From NCBI GenBank assembly GCA_039807425.1, contig JBDHRD010000001.1, forward strand, positions 2,086-66,085: 64,000 bases of DNA, in the 5' to 3' direction. The stretch is from Candidatus Contendobacter sp. Lineage in GTDB: Bacteria; Pseudomonadota; Gammaproteobacteria; Competibacterales; Competibacteraceae. The position numbers were made by a program, and so were the translations under genes. This document shows, piece after piece, positions 1 through 13,687 of the stretch. The stretch's first letter is position 1; each line of letters starts with the position of its first letter. A model generated the notes under the pieces. The model was not told where the DNA came from and searched no databases. It saw only the letters and a list, made by a program, of their open reading frames with translations.

Positions 1-516
1 GCGGTGACCATTCCGGTGGCGGTGAAACTGAGTCCATTCTTCAGCGCCATCGGTACGATGGCCAAGGCGCTGGACAATGCCGGGGCCGACGCGCTGGTGT
101 TGTTCAACCGCTTCTACCAGCCCGATTTCGATCTGGACAAGCTGGAAGTCGCGCCGAATCTGCACCTGAGCACGCCGGACGAAATCCGCCTGCCACTGCT
201 GTGGATCGCGGTCCTGCACGGACAGTTGCGCGCCTCGCTGGGCGCGACCCGGGGTGTGCATACGCCGGTCGAGGTAGTGAAGTACCTGATGGCCGGCGCG
301 GACGCGGTGATGACCACCTCGGCGCTGCTCAAGAACGGCGTGAACTACATGACCACTCTGCGCGACGGGTTGCGGACCTGGATGGAGATGCACCGCTATG
401 TGTCGGTGGCGCAGATGAAGGGCTCAATGAGCCAGCGCAACGTCGCCGATCCTACTGCGTTCGAGCGCGCCAACTACATCAAGACCCTGGAAAGCTACAA
501 GAGTGAATACGTCTGA
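1..516 (+). CDS. Dihydroorotate dehydrogenase-like protein, C-terminal part (5' end outside window)
   Basis: IPVAVKLSP, GADALVLFNRFYQPD, KYLMAGADAV and ERANYIK motifs typical of the PyrD-like family. Confidence 0.8.
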   Translation, partial: AVTIPVAVKLSPFFSAIGTMAKALDNAGADALVLFNRFYQPDFDLDKLEVAPNLHLSTPDEIRLPLLWIAVLHGQLRASLGATRGVHTPVEVVKYLMAGADAVMTTSALLKNGVNYMTTLRDGLRTWMEMHRYVSVAQMKGSMSQRNVADPTAFERANYIKTLESYKSEYV

Positions 517-548
517 TTGACCTCTCAATTTTCGCTTGGAGGTCTTTG

Positions 549-576
549 GGGGATTGCGGGCGCAATCCCCTTTTTT
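549..576 (+). terminator. Rho-independent terminator
   Basis: GGGGATTGCG-GG-CGCAATCCCC stem followed by TTTTTT, between convergent genes. Confidence 0.75.
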
Positions 577-623
577 CTTGTAGCGCCCTTGATGGCCGCT
601 TGGGTGATCCAAGGGCGTCGCGC

Positions 624-1118
624 TTACTTGACCGCGCCTTTGACCGCGTCGGTCGCCTGGTCCTTAATCGTCTTGGTCGCCTGATCCTTGACCATATCGG
701 TCGCAGCTCCGGTTGCGCCACCAGTCGCCTTCATCGCGGCGGCGGCCCCTGTGGTGGCTTCGGGCATCTTCTTCATGGCGGCGGCCCCAGTCGCGGCTTC
801 AGTCGCCTTCGTCGCGGCGCCACCGCCAGAAACCGCTCCAGCCGCGCTTTCGGTGGCCTTACCGCCAGCGGCGCCTTTCAGTATCTTCTTGGGGTCGGCT
901 GCGGCAGGGACAACCGCCGGGGGAGCTATATCGGTTTTGGGCAGCACTGCGCCGGCTTGGCCCTTGACCGCGTCGGTGGCCTGGCTCTTGGCGGCTTCGA
1001 CGGCCTGGTCTTTAACCGCGTCGGCGGCCATGCTCTTCACATCCGCCGTCCAGGCCGGACCGGATACGGCCAAGACCAAGAATGCGCTGGTGGCAAGGGT
1101 GATCGGTTTTAGCATCAT
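624..1118 (-). CDS. Secreted Ala/Lys/Thr-rich low-complexity hypothetical protein
   Basis: Signal peptide (FLVLAVSGPAWTA), GAGGAG RBS upstream, repeated KDQA(T/V)xA(V/A)K units. Confidence 0.65.
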   Translation of the reverse strand: MMLKPITLATSAFLVLAVSGPAWTADVKSMAADAVKDQAVEAAKSQATDAVKGQAGAVLPKTDIAPPAVVPAAADPKKILKGAAGGKATESAAGAVSGGGAATKATEAATGAAAMKKMPEATTGAAAAMKATGGATGAATDMVKDQATKTIKDQATDAVKGAVK

Positions 1119-1470
1119 CGGGATTGCTCCTCTGTGGGGGTTAAGTCAGTCGTCAATCCTCGCCAGCGTCAGCAGGGGCAAGCAGGGTCGGCCCGGCCAG
1201 CATCGCCACGCTGGCGATCAGAATCATCAGAGTCTTCATGAAAACTGCTCCGGAAATCGGATGAATGGAGCAACACTCTATCCCGTCATACCTGAATCGG
1301 AGTTGAACGCCGTTCAGGACCGCGCTGTGATCCGCCACGCGAAGCCAGCGCCAGATCGTGTTCCCCGGTTGCGTTCCGGGAACACGAGCAGTGAGAAATA
1401 CCTTCCGCCAGAGGAGGTGTTCGAGAGGTGAGTTGCGAATGATCCGGCGATCCAACGCCAAAAAACCAGG

Positions 1471-4041
<2,571 letters not shown>

Positions 4042-4088
4042 TCAAGACGTTTGGTGGGGAAAAATATTGAATCTCTAACGGGTCCATT

Positions 4089-4144
4089 CCCCGCAGCTTG
4101 CTGCGTTCTTTGGTAACCCAATACCTCCGCGGCTTGCTGCGGGG
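4089..4144. repeat. Pair of GC-rich palindromes (CCCCGCAGCTTGCTGCG / CCGCGGCTTGCTGCGGGG), REP-like or IS200/IS605-end-like
   Basis: Two near-identical hairpin-forming units about 38 bp apart in the gyrB-leuB intergenic region. Confidence 0.5.
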
Positions 4145-4219
4145 TCGTTTATCGCGAAAATTTTACTGAACCAGTGCCTCCACCCTGCCATTCGTCAATT
4201 CAGCCCGGGTGAACCACTA

Positions 4220-4484
4220 AGGATTTGGCCGAGAACAATTTCCCTACCGGGTCTGAATCACGGATTAAACGGGTGATCGGATGACACAGAACAATCCGTG
4301 GCATCCGTGGCATCCGTGGCATCCGTGGCATCCGTGGCATCCGTGGCAGCCGTGGCAGCCGTGGCATCCGTGATTCAGACATTGAGGATGACATCGGCGA
4401 TCATCCCCGCGTTGCTGACCTTCGCGATCACCGGAAAACTGACCTGAGAAACTCATTTCGGGAAGTTGTTGTCAGCCAAATCCT
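4220..4484. mobile_element. MITE-like element with 25 bp imperfect terminal inverted repeats, containing a nested IR-bounded tandem repeat
   Basis: AGGATTTGGCCGAGAACAATTTCCC (4220-4244) vs GGGAAGTTGTTGTCAGCCAAATCCT (4460-4484), 3 mismatches; inner perfect IR GTCTGAATCACGGAT (4251-4265)/ATCCGTGATTCAGAC (4366-4380). Confidence 0.6.
4294..4372 (+). repeat. 9-bp tandem repeat A(T/G)CCGTGGC x8 plus a partial unit
   Basis: Directly visible: six ATCCGTGGC, two AGCCGTGGC, then ATCCGTG. Confidence 0.95.
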
Positions 4485-4552
4485 AAACCGGGTTAGAAGA
4501 GTCGCAACAATCATCATCACCCCATCGTGGGCTCGAGTTTCCGCCACCGCGA

Positions 4553-5611
4553 TCACAATCGCCGAATAATCTCGTCCGCCATCTGGGCGGTGGTCAATTT
4601 CCCACCGAGGTCAGCGGTGCGCCCGCCGGCAGCGATGGTGTCGTCCACCGCTTGTTCGATGGCTGTGGCTTCCTTCTCCAGCCCCAGCGAGTGGCGCAGC
4701 AGCATGGCGGTGGACAGAATTATGCCGATCGGGTTGGCGATGCCCTTCCCGGCGATGTCAGGGGCCGAACCATGAATCGGTTCGTACAATCCGCTCCGGC
4801 CTTCCCCCAGGCTGGCGGAGGGCAGCATCCCCATCGAGCCCGCTAAAATCGAGGCCTCGTCGGTGAGAATGTCGCCAAACATGTTCTCGGTGACCACCAC
4901 ATCCATCCAGGCAGGACCGGTGATCAGGCGCATGGCGGCGGTATCCACCAGCACGTGTTCCAGAGTCACGTCCGGGTGCTCCGTGCCGACCCGCACGGCA
5001 ATCTGTCGCCACAGGCGCGAGGATTCGAGCACGTTGGCCTTGTCCACCGACGTGACCTTGTGCTTGCGACCCCTGGCCAGCTTGAACGCCAGTTCCATAA
5101 TGCGGCGGATTTCGTAATCGTAGTATTCCAGGGTATCGACGGCGCGCTCACGGCCATCCTTGCGGTCGCGGCCCTTCGGCCAGCCAAAATACAGGCCGCC
5201 GGTCAATTCGCGAATGACGAGGATGTCTACGCCCTGGAGTTTTTCCGGCTTGAGCGGTGATGCATCCACCAACGCCGGATGCACCTTGATCGGACGCAGG
5301 TTGGCGAACACGCCCAAGCCCTTGCGCAAGGCCAGGAGTCCGCGCTCGGGACGGTCCTTGGCGTTCGGGTCGTCCCATTTCGGCCCGCCCACCGCGCCCA
5401 GCAGCACGGCATCCGCCGCCTGGCAATCGGCCAGGGTGTCGTCGGTCAGCGATGAGCCGAATTGATCGATGGAGCAGCCTCCCATCAGCCGTTCCTGGTA
5501 GACCCATTGGTGACCAAATTTTCCGGCAATGGCATCCAACACCCGGACGGCCTCGCCGACCACTTCTGGACCGATGCCGTCCCCAGGGAGTAAAACGATA
5601 GTTGCTTTCAT
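4553..5611 (-). CDS. leuB: 3-isopropylmalate dehydrogenase
   Basis: [40 protein letters not shown] and [12 protein letters not shown] motifs. Confidence 0.96.
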   Translation of the reverse strand: MKATIVLLPGDGIGPEVVGEAVRVLDAIAGKFGHQWVYQERLMGGCSIDQFGSSLTDDTLADCQAADAVLLGAVGGPKWDDPNAKDRPERGLLALRKGLGVFANLRPIKVHPALVDASPLKPEKLQGVDILVIRELTGGLYFGWPKGRDRKDGRERAVDTLEYYDYEIRRIMELAFKLARGRKHKVTSVDKANVLESSRLWRQIAVRVGTEHPDVTLEHVLVDTAAMRLITGPAWMDVVVTENMFGDILTDEASILAGSMGMLPSASLGEGRSGLYEPIHGSAPDIAGKGIANPIGIILSTAMLLRHSLGLEKEATAIEQAVDDTIAAGGRTADLGGKLTTAQMADEIIRRL

Positions 5612-5711
5612 GGGGATTCCGTAAAAATCCTCTACTTTTCAGGCGCGTTTCCATGAAATAGCAGAGGAGGTTTGCAGTGATTCCGCTCAGGATTCAGGAG
5701 CGGGTCTAGCT

Positions 5712-6131
5712 CTAACGACGATTGGAACAGGTTCCACGTCCCCACTGACCGTCAAAATTCACAGAAACCTGCCCACGAGGTGGGGGCTGAAAAAATCTCG
5801 ACAGATTGATTAACGTCACATTCGCCATGCCACTGACATTGCCGCGATAAATCCGCTGACCTTTATCGTTCTTGCGGTCGAAGCGCAACCGGGAGGATTG
5901 GGACATGCCCGCGCCGGTGCGTGCGTTGTAGAATTTCACTCTCTGCTCGAACCCCGTATTGGGACTCCAGGGCACAGAAAACGAGATGTTGTCGGCATGA
6001 GCGCGATTGATGGTTCCTCGGCACACGATATCGGCCGCAAAGACTTTAGAAGGAGCCGTCATCGCCAAAGCACCAAGCCCAACGAGCGCGGGGCCAGCGG
6101 CAATCAACCTGAGAACATTGGTCCACTGCAT
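5712..6131 (-). CDS. Secreted hypothetical protein inserted between cimA and leuB
   Basis: Signal-peptide-like N-terminus (ALVGLGALAMTAPSKVFA); two Cys bracketing the mature domain; fills the gap on the operon strand. Confidence 0.6.
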   Translation of the reverse strand: MQWTNVLRLIAAGPALVGLGALAMTAPSKVFAADIVCRGTINRAHADNISFSVPWSPNTGFEQRVKFYNARTGAGMSQSSRLRFDRKNDKGQRIYRGNVSGMANVTLINLSRFFQPPPRGQVSVNFDGQWGRGTCSNRR

Positions 6132-6194
6132 TTGAACACCTACCAGAATAAAAAGATTAAGAAATCAGATGGCCTACACAAAAGTAGACACGCT

Positions 6195-7754
<1,560 letters not shown>

Positions 7755-7758
7755 GGTC

Positions 7759-8340
7759 TTATCTTCGCGCTTCAAACGCCGCGATGTCCTTCTCGAAACC
7801 CAGGATGTAACCCAGCTCGTCCACGCCATCGAGCAGGCAGGTTTTGTTGAACGGGTCGATGGGGAACGTCACCGAACCGCCGGGGAAGGACAGCGTCTGG
7901 GCGGCCAGGTCAATCGTCAGCTCCACGTCAGGGTTTTCCCGAACCATCGCCAACAGCTTTTGATGCGTCCGCGGATCCACAATGATCGGCAGCAGACCGT
8001 TTTTGAGAGCATTGTTGCGGAAAATGTCGGCGAACGAAGTGCTGACCACGGCCCGAAACCCGAATCCGGTCAGCGCCCAGGGGGCGTGCTCGCGGGACGA
8101 ACCGCAGCCAAAATTGTCGCCCGCCAGCAGGATTTGGCGGCCAGCGGCTTCAGGCTGGTTGAGGACGAAATCGGGCTTGGGCGAACCGTCGGCGTGATAG
8201 CGCCAGTCGGCGAATAGATTGTCGCCCATGCCCTTCTTATCGGTCGCTTTCAGAAACCGGGCCGGGATGATCTGGTCGGTGTCGATGTCGTTGACCGGCA
8301 GTGCGACGACTAGAGAAGTGAGGGAAATAAACTGAGCCAT
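7759..8340 (-). CDS. leuD: 3-isopropylmalate dehydratase small subunit
   Basis: [29 protein letters not shown] and [14 protein letters not shown] motifs. Confidence 0.96.
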   Translation of the reverse strand: MAQFISLTSLVVALPVNDIDTDQIIPARFLKATDKKGMGDNLFADWRYHADGSPKPDFVLNQPEAAGRQILLAGDNFGCGSSREHAPWALTGFGFRAVVSTSFADIFRNNALKNGLLPIIVDPRTHQKLLAMVRENPDVELTIDLAAQTLSFPGGSVTFPIDPFNKTCLLDGVDELGYILGFEKDIAAFEARR

Positions 8341-8341
8341 G

Positions 8342-9751
8342 TTACCGGCCTCCAGTCACAGTGCGCGGATCGGCCACGGCGCCGGCCAGCGCGCTGGCGG
8401 CGGCGGTCAGCGGCGACGCCAGGAAGGTACGCCCACCCTGGCCCTGGCGACCTTCAAAATTGCGGTTGCTGGTGCTGACGGCGTACTGGCCGGGCTGGAG
8501 CTGATCACCGTTCATGGCGATGCACATGCTGCACCCCGGCTCGCGCCATTCCGCGCCCGCCCGTTTAAATATCTGGTCCAGACCTTCGGCTTCCGCCTGG
8601 TACTTGATGGATTGCGAGCCGGGAACCACCATGACGCGCACGCCGGGAGCGATCTGGCGATCCTTGAGCAGCGCGGCCGCTTCGCGCAGGTCGGAGATGC
8701 GCGAGTTGGTGCAACTGCCGATGAAAACCACGTCCACCTTCTGGCCCAGCAGCGGTTGGCCGGGCTGGAGGCCCATGTAGCGCAGCGCCTTGTCGAGCGC
8801 GGCTTTCTGGCTGGCGTCGCTCAGGCGAGCGGGATCGGGCACGCGCCCGGTGATGCCCATGCCCATGCCGGGATTGGTGCCGTAGGTGATCATCGGTTCG
8901 AGCGCGGCGGCGTCCAGGGTAACCGAATGGTCGTAGGCCGCGCCCGCATCGCTGGCGAATGTTTGCCAACGGGCGACGGCCTGGTCCCAGGCCGCGTCCT
9001 TGGGCGCGTGCTCGCGGCCCTTGAGATAGTCGAAGGTGATGGCGTCGGGCGCGATCAGGCCCGCCCGCGCGCCGCCTTCGATGGACATGTTGCAGATGGT
9101 CATCCGCTGTTCCATCGTCAGTTCGTGGATGGCCGAGCCGGTGTACTCGAAGACGTAGCCGGTCCCGCCGCCGACGCCGATTTTAGCGATCAGCGCCAGG
9201 ATAATATCCTTGGCGGCAACGCCGGCCGGCAGCGTTCCATCCACGCGGACCTCGCAGGTCCGGGGCTTTTTCTGCAGCAGGCACTGGGTGGCAAGGACGT
9301 GCTCGACTTCACTGGTGCCGATCCCGAAAGCCAGCGCCCCAAACGCGCCGTGAGTGGCAGTGTGGCTGTCGCCGCAGACGATGGTCATGCCAGGCTGGGT
9401 CAGGCCCAGTTCCGGGCCGATGACGTGGACGATACCGCGATGGGGGCTGGTCATGCCGTGCAGGGTGACGCCGAACTCGGCGGCGTTGACTTCCATCTGC
9501 CGGATTTGCGCGGCGGCCAGGGGGTCGGCAATCGGCACGTCGGGCGGCGTAGTCGGAATGGAGTGGTCCATCGTGGCGACGGTGCGCTCGGGGCGACGGA
9601 TCTTCAGGCCGCGCTGGCGCAGGCCGGTAAAGGCCTGGGGCGAGGTCACTTCGTGGACCAGGTGCAGGTCGATATACAGAATGGCCGGGGAATCGGGTTG
9701 TTCGGCAACGACATGCGACTCCCAGATTTTTTCGAAGAGTGTTTTTGGCAT
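8342..9751 (-). CDS. leuC: 3-isopropylmalate dehydratase large subunit
   Basis: [38 protein letters not shown] and [12 protein letters not shown]; start at [10 protein letters not shown]. Confidence 0.96.
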   Translation of the reverse strand: MPKTLFEKIWESHVVAEQPDSPAILYIDLHLVHEVTSPQAFTGLRQRGLKIRRPERTVATMDHSIPTTPPDVPIADPLAAAQIRQMEVNAAEFGVTLHGMTSPHRGIVHVIGPELGLTQPGMTIVCGDSHTATHGAFGALAFGIGTSEVEHVLATQCLLQKKPRTCEVRVDGTLPAGVAAKDIILALIAKIGVGGGTGYVFEYTGSAIHELTMEQRMTICNMSIEGGARAGLIAPDAITFDYLKGREHAPKDAAWDQAVARWQTFASDAGAAYDHSVTLDAAALEPMITYGTNPGMGMGITGRVPDPARLSDASQKAALDKALRYMGLQPGQPLLGQKVDVVFIGSCTNSRISDLREAAALLKDRQIAPGVRVMVVPGSQSIKYQAEAEGLDQIFKRAGAEWREPGCSMCIAMNGDQLQPGQYAVSTSNRNFEGRQGQGGRTFLASPLTAAASALAGAVADPRTVTGGR

Positions 9752-10006
9752 GATCAATTGGCAACGACGGTATGAATTTTGAGTTCCAACAGGATGTTGG
9801 GAGCTTTGACGACGGCTTCGAGAACCTTGGGCGGCATCCGCCAGGCCGGTGCCCACCGCGGCGCGAGGATGAATTTTCCCATGGTTTCATAAAAAGAACA
9901 GAAAATCCAACCGCCGGAGGTGGATTGATGGATGGAAGTCTCAACGTGGCCGATGAGCAGGCGCCTTGATAAAACAACGATGCATTTTACAGAGTGATTC
10001 GCGCCC

Positions 10007-10723
10007 ATGACCGCCCAGCGCGACCCCGTCTTCCTCGCCCGGGGCCTGACCAAGATCTACCCGATGGGTGAAATCGAGGTGCAGGCGCTGCGCGGCGTCG
10101 ATCTGGAACTGTTCGTCGGCGAATTCGTGGTGCTGCTGGGGCCGTCGGGCAGCGGCAAGTCCACGCTGCTCAACATCCTGGGCGGACTGGATTCGCCCAC
10201 CCGGGGCGCCATCCAGTACGGCGGGCGCGATCTGGGTGTGTACGACGACGCCGAACTGACCCGCTACCGGCGCGAGCACGTCGGGTTCGTGTTTCAGTTC
10301 TACAACCTCATTCCCAGCCTGACGGCGCGGGAGAATGTTGCCCTGGTCACGGAAATCGCCCGGAATCCGCTGGCGCCCGAGGAGGCGCTGACCCTGGTCG
10401 GGCTGGCCGACCGCATGGACCATTTCCCGGCGCAGCTTTCGGGCGGCGAGCAACAGCGGGTGGCCATCGCCCGGGCGGTGGCCAAGCGTCCCGAGGTGTT
10501 GCTGTGCGACGAACCCACCGGAGCGCTCGACGTGCAGACCGGCGTTCTGGTGCTGGCGGTGATCGACCGGGTGAACCGGGAACTGGGGACCACCACCGTG
10601 GTGATCACCCACAACGCCGCCATTGCCGCCATGGCCGACCGGGTCATTCATCTCAGCAACGGTCTGATCGCCCATATCGATCACAACGCCCGGCGACAGG
10701 CGCCCGAGGAAATCGTCTGGTAG
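10007..10723 (+). CDS. ABC transporter ATP-binding protein (LolD/MacB-type); no permease adjacent
   Basis: GPSGSGKST Walker [10 protein letters not shown] signature, CDEPTGALD Walker B/D-loop. Confidence 0.92.
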   Translation: MTAQRDPVFLARGLTKIYPMGEIEVQALRGVDLELFVGEFVVLLGPSGSGKSTLLNILGGLDSPTRGAIQYGGRDLGVYDDAELTRYRREHVGFVFQFYNLIPSLTARENVALVTEIARNPLAPEEALTLVGLADRMDHFPAQLSGGEQQRVAIARAVAKRPEVLLCDEPTGALDVQTGVLVLAVIDRVNRELGTTTVVITHNAAIAAMADRVIHLSNGLIAHIDHNARRQAPEEIVW

Positions 10724-10750
10724 ACCAGCGTCCTTGCGAACGTCTCTGCA

Positions 10751-11006
10751 TCATGGGGCGATTTGTCCGAGGCACTCACCGTTGAAGTCCGTGATGGCCC
10801 GAACGATCTCGTCCTTCGTGCTCATTGACGAAGGGGTCGTGCCACGATGGGTTCGTCGATTGGCTCGTCGCTCAACAGTAGCACTACTGCATCGCTGTTG
10901 GGTTTGAGGGTGAAATCGCTGCCGCCACGATTCAGCCCCACCACTTGAGCCTCGCGGGCGATGGCTTCGCCGTTGACTGAACCGCGCCCCGTTAGCATGA
11001 GCGAGG
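10751..11006 (-). pseudogene. Pirin-family C-terminal remnant, frameshifted
   Basis: VNGEAIAREAQVV...DAVVLLLSDEPIDEPIVA in one frame continues as ...MSTKDEIVRAITDFNG..GQI in another, matching the pirin C-terminus (GEPIDEPIVGxGPFVMNT..EI..AI.DF). Confidence 0.75.
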
Positions 11007-11009
11007 TTG

Positions 11010-11699
11010 TCAGGCGCTCGGAGCGGCCAGCACCCGTTCCAGCCATCTGGCGACATCGCGGATTTCCTCCCAACACACTTCGTGGCCCATGTCGTAGTCC
11101 TGCCATTCCAGCCGGTAACCCAGCCTCTGCAACAATTCGGCGCTCTGCTGACCGTAACGGATCGGAATGACGGTGTCGTAATCGCCGTGGGCCATGAAGA
11201 TCGGCGTCGGTTGATTCTCTGGTCGGCGTTCGCTCTCCAGGTTGCTGGCCAGCGGCAGGTAGCAGGACAGGGCCAGGATGCCAGCCAGCCGGTCCGGGTA
11301 GCGCAGGCCGGTGTGCAGCGCCATCGCGCCCCCTTGGGAAAAGCCGGCCAGTACGATGCGTTCGGCGGGAACGCCGCGCTGTTTCTCCCGTTCGAGCAGC
11401 GCGTAAATGGCCCGCTCGGACGCATACACGCCATCGGGATCTTCGCGGCGCGGCAGATCGGTGCTGAACACGTCGTACCAGGCGCGCATCCGCATCCCAC
11501 CGTTGATGGTGACCGGGCGGATCGGCGCGTTGGGGAAGAGGAAACGGATGCCCAGTTCCGCTGGCAACTTCAGTTCGGGAACGATGGGTTCAAAATCGTG
11601 GGCGTCGGCGCCCAGACCGTGCATCCAGATCACGCTGGAGCGGGCGGCGCCCGCAGGTTCGATTTCGACGGTGGTCAGTGGCGTGTCGGTCATGAGCAA
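11010..11699 (-). CDS. Carboxylesterase / phospholipase (alpha/beta hydrolase)
   Basis: WMHGLGAD, MRAWYD, GFSQGG nucleophile elbow, HGDYD and MGHEV motifs. Confidence 0.92.
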   Translation of the reverse strand: MLMTDTPLTTVEIEPAGAARSSVIWMHGLGADAHDFEPIVPELKLPAELGIRFLFPNAPIRPVTINGGMRMRAWYDVFSTDLPRREDPDGVYASERAIYALLEREKQRGVPAERIVLAGFSQGGAMALHTGLRYPDRLAGILALSCYLPLASNLESERRPENQPTPIFMAHGDYDTVIPIRYGQQSAELLQRLGYRLEWQDYDMGHEVCWEEIRDVARWLERVLAAPSA

Positions 11700-11823
11700 A
11701 TTCCGGTGAGAGCGCGTTAAAGGGCATTAGCGGCGAAGCGCCCCAGCTTGTCAAGCCGCGCCCGCCGGCGCAATGCGGGTTATACTGCAACTTCTGATTC
11801 ACCGCCCGTGAGGATCGACCCGA

Positions 11824-12015
11824 ATGCGCAGATTCCGTCCCGGAGTGTGGCTGGCGTGGTTGCTGCTGACCGCGCTGTTGGCCGGCTGCGGCCAGAAAGG
11901 CCCACTGTATCTGCCTAAACCGACCACGCAACCGGCGTCGTCCGAGCCATCTCCGCCCGCGAAGCCCTCCACCCAACCGGCGGATTCCAAACAACCTTCG
12001 CCCGTGAAACCTTGA
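11824..12015 (+). CDS. Small lipoprotein of the LptM/YifL (LppL) family
   Basis: Lipobox LAGC followed by GQKGPLYLP; directly upstream of lysA. Confidence 0.85.
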   Translation: MRRFRPGVWLAWLLLTALLAGCGQKGPLYLPKPTTQPASSEPSPPAKPSTQPADSKQPSPVKP

Positions 12016-12018
12016 ACC

Positions 12019-13266
12019 ATGGATCATTTTGAATATCGCAACAATCAGTTGTTTGCCGAGGATGTTTCCGTGGCCAAGATCGCGGCGACGGTTGGCACCC
12101 CCTGCTACATCTACTCCCGCGCCACCATCGAGCGGCACTGGCGCGCCTTCGATCAGGCTTTCGCAGGCCATCCCCATCTGGTCTGCTACGCGGTCAAGGC
12201 CAACAGCAACTTGGCGGTGCTCAACCTGCTCGCCCGACTGGGGTCAGGGTTCGACATCGTGTCCGGCGGCGAATTGGAGCGGGTGCTGGCGGCGGGCGGC
12301 GATCCCGGCAAGGTGGTGTTCTCCGGGGTTGGCAAGCGCCGCGACGAACTGGAACGCGCCCTGGACGTTGGCATCCGTTGTTGCAACGTCGAATCCGAGG
12401 CGGAACTGGTGTTGCTGGAACAGGTGGCGGCAGAGCGCGGACAACGCGCGCCGGTTTCCTTGCGCATCAATCCCGACGTGGACGCCAACACGCATCCCTA
12501 CATTTCCACCGGCCTGAAGCAGAACAAGTTTGGCATCGCCGCCGACCGGGCGCTGGCGGTTTACGTCCAGGCCGCGGCCTCGCCGAACCTGGATGTGGTA
12601 GGCGTGGATTGCCACATCGGTTCGCAACTGACCCAGGTCAGGCCGTTCGTGGATGCGCTGGAACGGGTGCTGGCGCTGGTGGCCCGGCTGGAAGGGCAGG
12701 GTATTCGCATCCGCCATCTCGACCTTGGCGGCGGACTGGGCATCCGTTACCGCGATGAGGAGCCACCGTTGCCGGCCGACCATGCCGCCGCCCTGATGGA
12801 GCGTCTCCGTGGCAAGTCTTACGAAATTCTGATCGAGCCGGGCCGGGCCATCGTCGGCAATGCCGGCATCCTGGTGACGCGAGTGGAACTGCTCAAGCAG
12901 GGCGAGGACAAGAACTTCGCGGTGGTGGACGCGGCCATGAACGACCTGATCCGCCCGGCCTTGTATGCAGCCTGGCAGGCCATCATCCCGGTCGAACCAC
13001 GAATCGGGGGCGAATCGTGTCGCTACGATGTGGTTGGACCGATCTGCGAGACCGGAGACTTTCTCGGCAAGGACCGGGAGCTGAATATCGAACCAGGCGA
13101 TCTGCTGGCGGTACGTTCCGCCGGGGCGTATGGCTTCGCCATGAGTTCCAACTACAATTCCCGCCCACGCGCTGCCGAAGTGATGGTGGACGGCGACCGG
13201 TTCCAGGTGGTGCGCTGGCGCGAGCGACTGACGGATTTGTACGCCGGAGAGTCCATACTGGCATGA
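12019..13266 (+). CDS. lysA: Diaminopimelate decarboxylase
   Basis: YAVKANSN (PLP Lys), HIGSQ, LDLGGG, EPGR, GPICETGD and GAYG..MSSNYN motifs. Confidence 0.96.
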   Translation: MDHFEYRNNQLFAEDVSVAKIAATVGTPCYIYSRATIERHWRAFDQAFAGHPHLVCYAVKANSNLAVLNLLARLGSGFDIVSGGELERVLAAGGDPGKVVFSGVGKRRDELERALDVGIRCCNVESEAELVLLEQVAAERGQRAPVSLRINPDVDANTHPYISTGLKQNKFGIAADRALAVYVQAAASPNLDVVGVDCHIGSQLTQVRPFVDALERVLALVARLEGQGIRIRHLDLGGGLGIRYRDEEPPLPADHAAALMERLRGKSYEILIEPGRAIVGNAGILVTRVELLKQGEDKNFAVVDAAMNDLIRPALYAAWQAIIPVEPRIGGESCRYDVVGPICETGDFLGKDRELNIEPGDLLAVRSAGAYGFAMSSNYNSRPRAAEVMVDGDRFQVVRWRERLTDLYAGESILA

Positions 13267-13685
13267 ACGCCCGCTTTGAAAATCCCTCCACCGATGAAAT
13301 TCGCACTCTGTTGCAGCAGGTCAAAACCATCGCCGTGGTCGGGCTCTCCGCCGCACCGACGCGGCCCAGCCACGGCGTGGCCCGGGCGCTGCAAGGCTTC
13401 GGCTATCGCATCATTCCGGTCAACCCGACGGTGACGCAAGTCCTCGGCGAAAAGGCTTGGCCCAGCCTGCACGCATTGCCGGAAGCGGTGGACCTGGTGG
13501 ATGTGTTCCGCGCATCGGGCCACGTCGCCGGTATTGTGGATGACTGCATCGCCTTGAAACTGCCGGCGCTCTGGTTGCAGGATGGCGTGATCGATGAAGC
13601 GGCGGCGCGGCGAGCGCGGGCAGCGGGGCTGACGGTGGTGATGAACCGCTGCATCTACCGCGATTATATTCAACTAATACATTGA
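13263..13685 (+). CDS. CoA-binding protein (YccU-like)
   Basis: KTIAVVGLS, IIPVNP, VDLVDVFR, LWLQDG and MNRCI; ATG overlaps the lysA stop. Confidence 0.88.
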   Translation: MNARFENPSTDEIRTLLQQVKTIAVVGLSAAPTRPSHGVARALQGFGYRIIPVNPTVTQVLGEKAWPSLHALPEAVDLVDVFRASGHVAGIVDDCIALKLPALWLQDGVIDEAAARRARAAGLTVVMNRCIYRDYIQLIH

Positions 13686-13687
13686 AC

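Noticed and set aside
4294-4372. Possible CRISPR array
   Set aside because: Units are 9 bp and contiguous with no spacers; no cas genes in the window.
4265-4456. ORF with (CHG)n suggesting a metallothionein, and the overlapping (MPR)n ORF
   Set aside because: Both are translations of the 9-bp tandem repeat inside an IR-bounded element; no independent coding evidence.
9752-10006. Leucine attenuator leader upstream of leuC
   Set aside because: No short ORF with clustered Leu codons and no terminator/antiterminator pair was seen.
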